50,993 nucleotides of DNA, from the NCBI GenBank assembly GCA_032718475.1, contig JAUCBJ010002889.1:1-50993 (forward strand). The letters run 5' to 3'. Below the pieces are notes generated by a model. It ran no database searches and was not told the DNA's origin. It worked only from the letters and a program-made list of their open reading frames with translations. The stretch's first letter is position 1. The number at the start of each line of letters is the position of its first letter. A program made the translations under genes and the position numbers. The stretch comes from Nemertoderma westbladi. Taxonomy: Eukaryota > Animalia > Xenacoelomorpha. This document shows positions 47,601 to 50,993 of this stretch, piece after piece.

Positions 47601-49467
47601 TAAAGGTAAACAACGTCACAATAAAGGTGTGTCTGTTAGATATAAAGCTAAACAACGTCACAATAAAGGTGTGTCTGTTAGATATAAAGGTAAACAATGT
47701 CACAATAAAGGTGTGTCTGTTAGATATAAAGGTAAACAATGTCACAATAAAGGTGTGTCTGTTAGATATGAAGGTAAACAATGTCACAATAAAGGTGTGT
47801 CTGTTAGATATAAAGGTAAACAATGTCACAATAAAGGTGTGTCTGTTAGATATAAAGGTAAACAACGTCACAATAAAGGTGTGTCTGTTAGATATAAAGG
47901 TAAACAACGTCACAATAAAGGTGTGTCTGTTAGATATAAAGGTAAACAATGTCACAATAAAGGTGTGTCTGTTAGATATAAAGGTAAACAATGTCACAAT
48001 AAAGGTGTGTCTGTTAGATATGAAGGTAAACAATGTCACAATAAAGGTGTGTCTGTTAGATATAAAGGTAAACAATGTCACAATAAAGGTGTGTCTGTTA
48101 GATATAAAGGTAAACAACGTCACAATAAAGGTGTGTCTGTTAGATATAAAGGTAAACAATGTCACAATAAAGGTGTGTCTGTTAGATATAAAGGTAAACA
48201 ATGTCACAATAAAGGTGTGTCTGTTAGATATAAAGGTAAACAATGTCACAATAAAGGTGTGTCTGTTAGATATGAAGGTAAACAATGTCACAATAAAGGT
48301 GTGTCTGTTAGATATAAAGGTAAACAATGTCACAATAAAGGTGTGTCTGTTAGATATAAAGGTAAACAACGTCACAATAAAGGTGTGTCTGTTAGATATG
48401 AAGGTAAACAATGTCACAATAAAGGTGTGTCTGTTAGATATAAAGGTAAACAATGTCACAATAAAGGTGTGTCTGTTAGATATAAAGGTAAACAACGTCA
48501 CAATAAAGGTGTGTCTGTTAGATATAAAGGTAAACAATGTCACAATAAAGGTGTGTCTGTTAGATATAAAGATAAACAACGTCACAATAAAGGTGTGTCT
48601 GTTAGATATAAAGGTAAACAATGTCACAATAAAGGTGTGTCTGTTAGATATGAAGGTAAACAATGTCACAATAAAGGTGTGTCTGTTAGATATAAAGGTA
48701 AACAATGTCACAATAAAGGTGTGTCTGTTAGATATAAAGGTAAACAACGTCACAATAAAGGTGTGTCTGTTAGATATGAAGGTAAACAATGTCACAATAA
48801 AGGTGTGTCTGTTAGATATAAAGGTAAACAATGTCACAATAAAGGTGTTTCTGTTAGATATAAAGGTAAACAACGTCACAATAAAGGTGTGTCTGTTAGA
48901 TATAAAGGTAAACAATGTCACAATAAAGGTGTGTCTGTTAGATATAAAGGTAAACAACGTCACAATAAAGGTGTGTCTGTTAGATATGAAGCTAAACAAT
49001 GTCACAATAAAGGTGTGTCTGTTAGATATAAAGGTAAACAACGTCACAATAAAGGTGTGTCTGTTAGATATGAAGGTAAACAATGTCACAATAAAGGTGT
49101 GTCTGTTAGATATAAAGGTAAACAACGTCACAATAAAGGTGTGTCTGTTAGATATGAAGGTAAACAATGTCACAATAAAGGTGTGTCTGTTAGATATAAA
49201 GGTAAACAACGTCACAATAAAGGTGTGTCTGTTAGATATGAAGGTAAACAATGTCACAATAAAGGTGTGTCTGTTAGATATAAAGGTAAACAACGTCACA
49301 ATAAAGGTGTGTCTGTTAGATATGAAGGTAAACAATGTCACAATAAAGGTGTGTCTGTTAGATATAAAGGTAAACAACGTCACAATAAAGGTGTGTCTGT
49401 TAGATATAAAGGTAAACAATGTCACAATAAAGGTGTGTCTGTTAGATATAAAGGTAAACAACGTCAC
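38657..49467. repeat. 42-bp satellite array, ~10.8 kb, ~257 units
   Basis: Unit GGTGTGTCTGTTAGATAT(A/G)AAGGTAAACAA(T/C)GTCACAATAAA, with occasional 40-bp units. No unique spacers. Confidence 0.99.
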
Positions 49468-49907
49468 GGCCACAATTTGGAGAATATGTAAATATGAATG
49501 ACATCCATCCTCCCATTGCTATAGCAACGGAAACTTTACGGTACTTTTACATAGTAACTGTGAATAAATTATATTAAAAAAATTCATTAACGGTGATAAT
49601 TCAACAGATTTGAGGAATGTATAATCCCAGTTATCGATTGACTTAATGTTACAAGTTACAGTAACAAACCGCCGCAAATTGATAGAGAAGGGGTGAGGCA
49701 GATGACTGGTGCTTAGATGGTAGATTTTCCAGTTAGTAGCCTACCAATATCACATTTTGTAGAAAACAAGTGATGTGGTTGGAGAAACCTGTCACTTGGC
49801 AGCAACCAATCACGTTATTCCTGTTAATTTTATTTAAGTCACCGAGGATGGAATATTAGTAACAACTGAAAAAGTTGATGTTACCTGTATTCCATTTTTG
49901 TATTCAC

Positions 49908-50300
49908 TATTATCACCCTCGCCTTTCAGTCTGTTTCATTATTGGTTCACGGTCCTTGACATAGGTGACCATTATTACCGTAATGTGTGTGTGTGTGTGT
50001 GTTAGTGTGTGTGTGTGTGTGTGTGTGTGTCCAGAGCGATATCTCAGTTATTTATTAATCAATCGAAACAAAATTTGGACAAAAGTTAGATATAGGGATG
50101 GCGAAGGCTCATACAAAAAATTGGGTGTCGAGATGGTATTTGTGCGATGTGAGCGCTATATTTGCGTGTTTTCGCATGGTTTAGGAAAAAGCTATCTTGT
50201 CATAGGGAACGCAATGAATGATTCTGATATTTGGCATGGAGGTACCTGAATTATTTGTAAATCGATTAACGGAGGCCGATTTTTAAATTTGGACCTACAT
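49908..50300 (+). mobile_element. Microsatellite-containing interspersed repeat, possibly Helentron-associated (HINE/DINE-like)
   Basis: TTATCACCCTCGCC... followed by (GT)n at 49985-50030 and CCAGAGCGATATCTC...ATCGAAACAAAATTTGG. The family assignment is from recalled layout only. Confidence 0.4.
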
Positions 50301-50993
50301 TATGACCTAATTGAAGATTTAATTAAGGTAATTAATTAGCACTGCTAGTACTGTCTGATTGTCTGCCTGTAGTAGGCATACCGGACCGGTACTACCTGAC
50401 CACTGTAGGCCTATCTGCCTATCTTCATACTGTCATAGGTCAGTACAGCAGTAGGTCCTAGCCTAGCCCTAGCAGTAAATATAATATTTCGCCATGTTCG
50501 CAGGCGACTTCGCACTGACTACCAGTAGGCCTATGCAGCTATGCTATGAGATTAACCGTCCAGTCGTTCAGATGCATATGGTACCGGTACTGGAACGGGT
50601 TACGGTTTAATCCTGCATTTGTCAATTACGACAATACCGGTACGACTTTGAGTACCGCTGTACCGGTACGCGGTAGCCTACCGTTACCGGTTGACCGGTA
50701 GGCGTAGGCGGTAGACCTACGGTGCGATGGTAGCCAGCCGGTAGGTGGTAGGCTTACCGTACCGGTATAAATGTTGGCGGATGGCGGGATGACGTCGTGT
50801 GGCGCGTAATTACTTACCGGTTGCCGGTAGACGCCTACCCAACTCGTAACTGGTGGTCGTGGTCGTGGTGGGATGAGCACAGGAGCATGAGGTCGCCTAC
50901 GACTGTACGATGGGAACAAGTGAAAAGGAAACATAGGCCTACCCGAACGAAAACGTATTATTATTGTACTGATTAAGTAGGAGGACCGTGAAC

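Noticed and set aside
38657-49467. CRISPR-like array
   Set aside because: There are no unique spacers, no cas genes, and the context is eukaryotic.
38661-49501. Very long ORFs (up to 1670 aa) on both strands
   Set aside because: They arise because the 42-bp unit is a multiple of 3 and lacks stops in three frames. Frame switches occur at the 40-bp units, and there is no sign of real coding.
50340-50993. ACCGGT/TAGGCCTA-rich tract and ORF 50626-50934
   Set aside because: These are low-complexity palindromic words with no regular period or recognisable domain.

Overview
This is AT-rich metazoan (probably invertebrate) genomic DNA with three main layers. (1) A minus-strand, multi-exon host gene made of fibronectin type III (FN3) repeats: 10 phase-1 exons, about 2,050 codons, with a recent tandem duplication of a two-exon cassette. 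(2) A very young 16.5-kb BEL/Pao LTR retrotransposon (8472-24937) inserted antisense in one intron. It has 1.9-kb LTRs ending TAT...ATA instead of TG...CA, and no tRNA primer-binding site. The 11 nt just after the 5' LTR are the exact reverse complement of an 11-mer inside the LTR, which suggests self-priming. U3 carries a Pol III A-box/B-box/T6 cassette. A ~19-nt quasi-palindrome recurs ten times across the internal region in different reading frames, and extra ORFs follow pol. (3) A 10.8-kb array of a 42-bp satellite, plus decayed Tc1-like, LINE and MITE-like insertions. All calls are read by eye; no database search or folding software was run.
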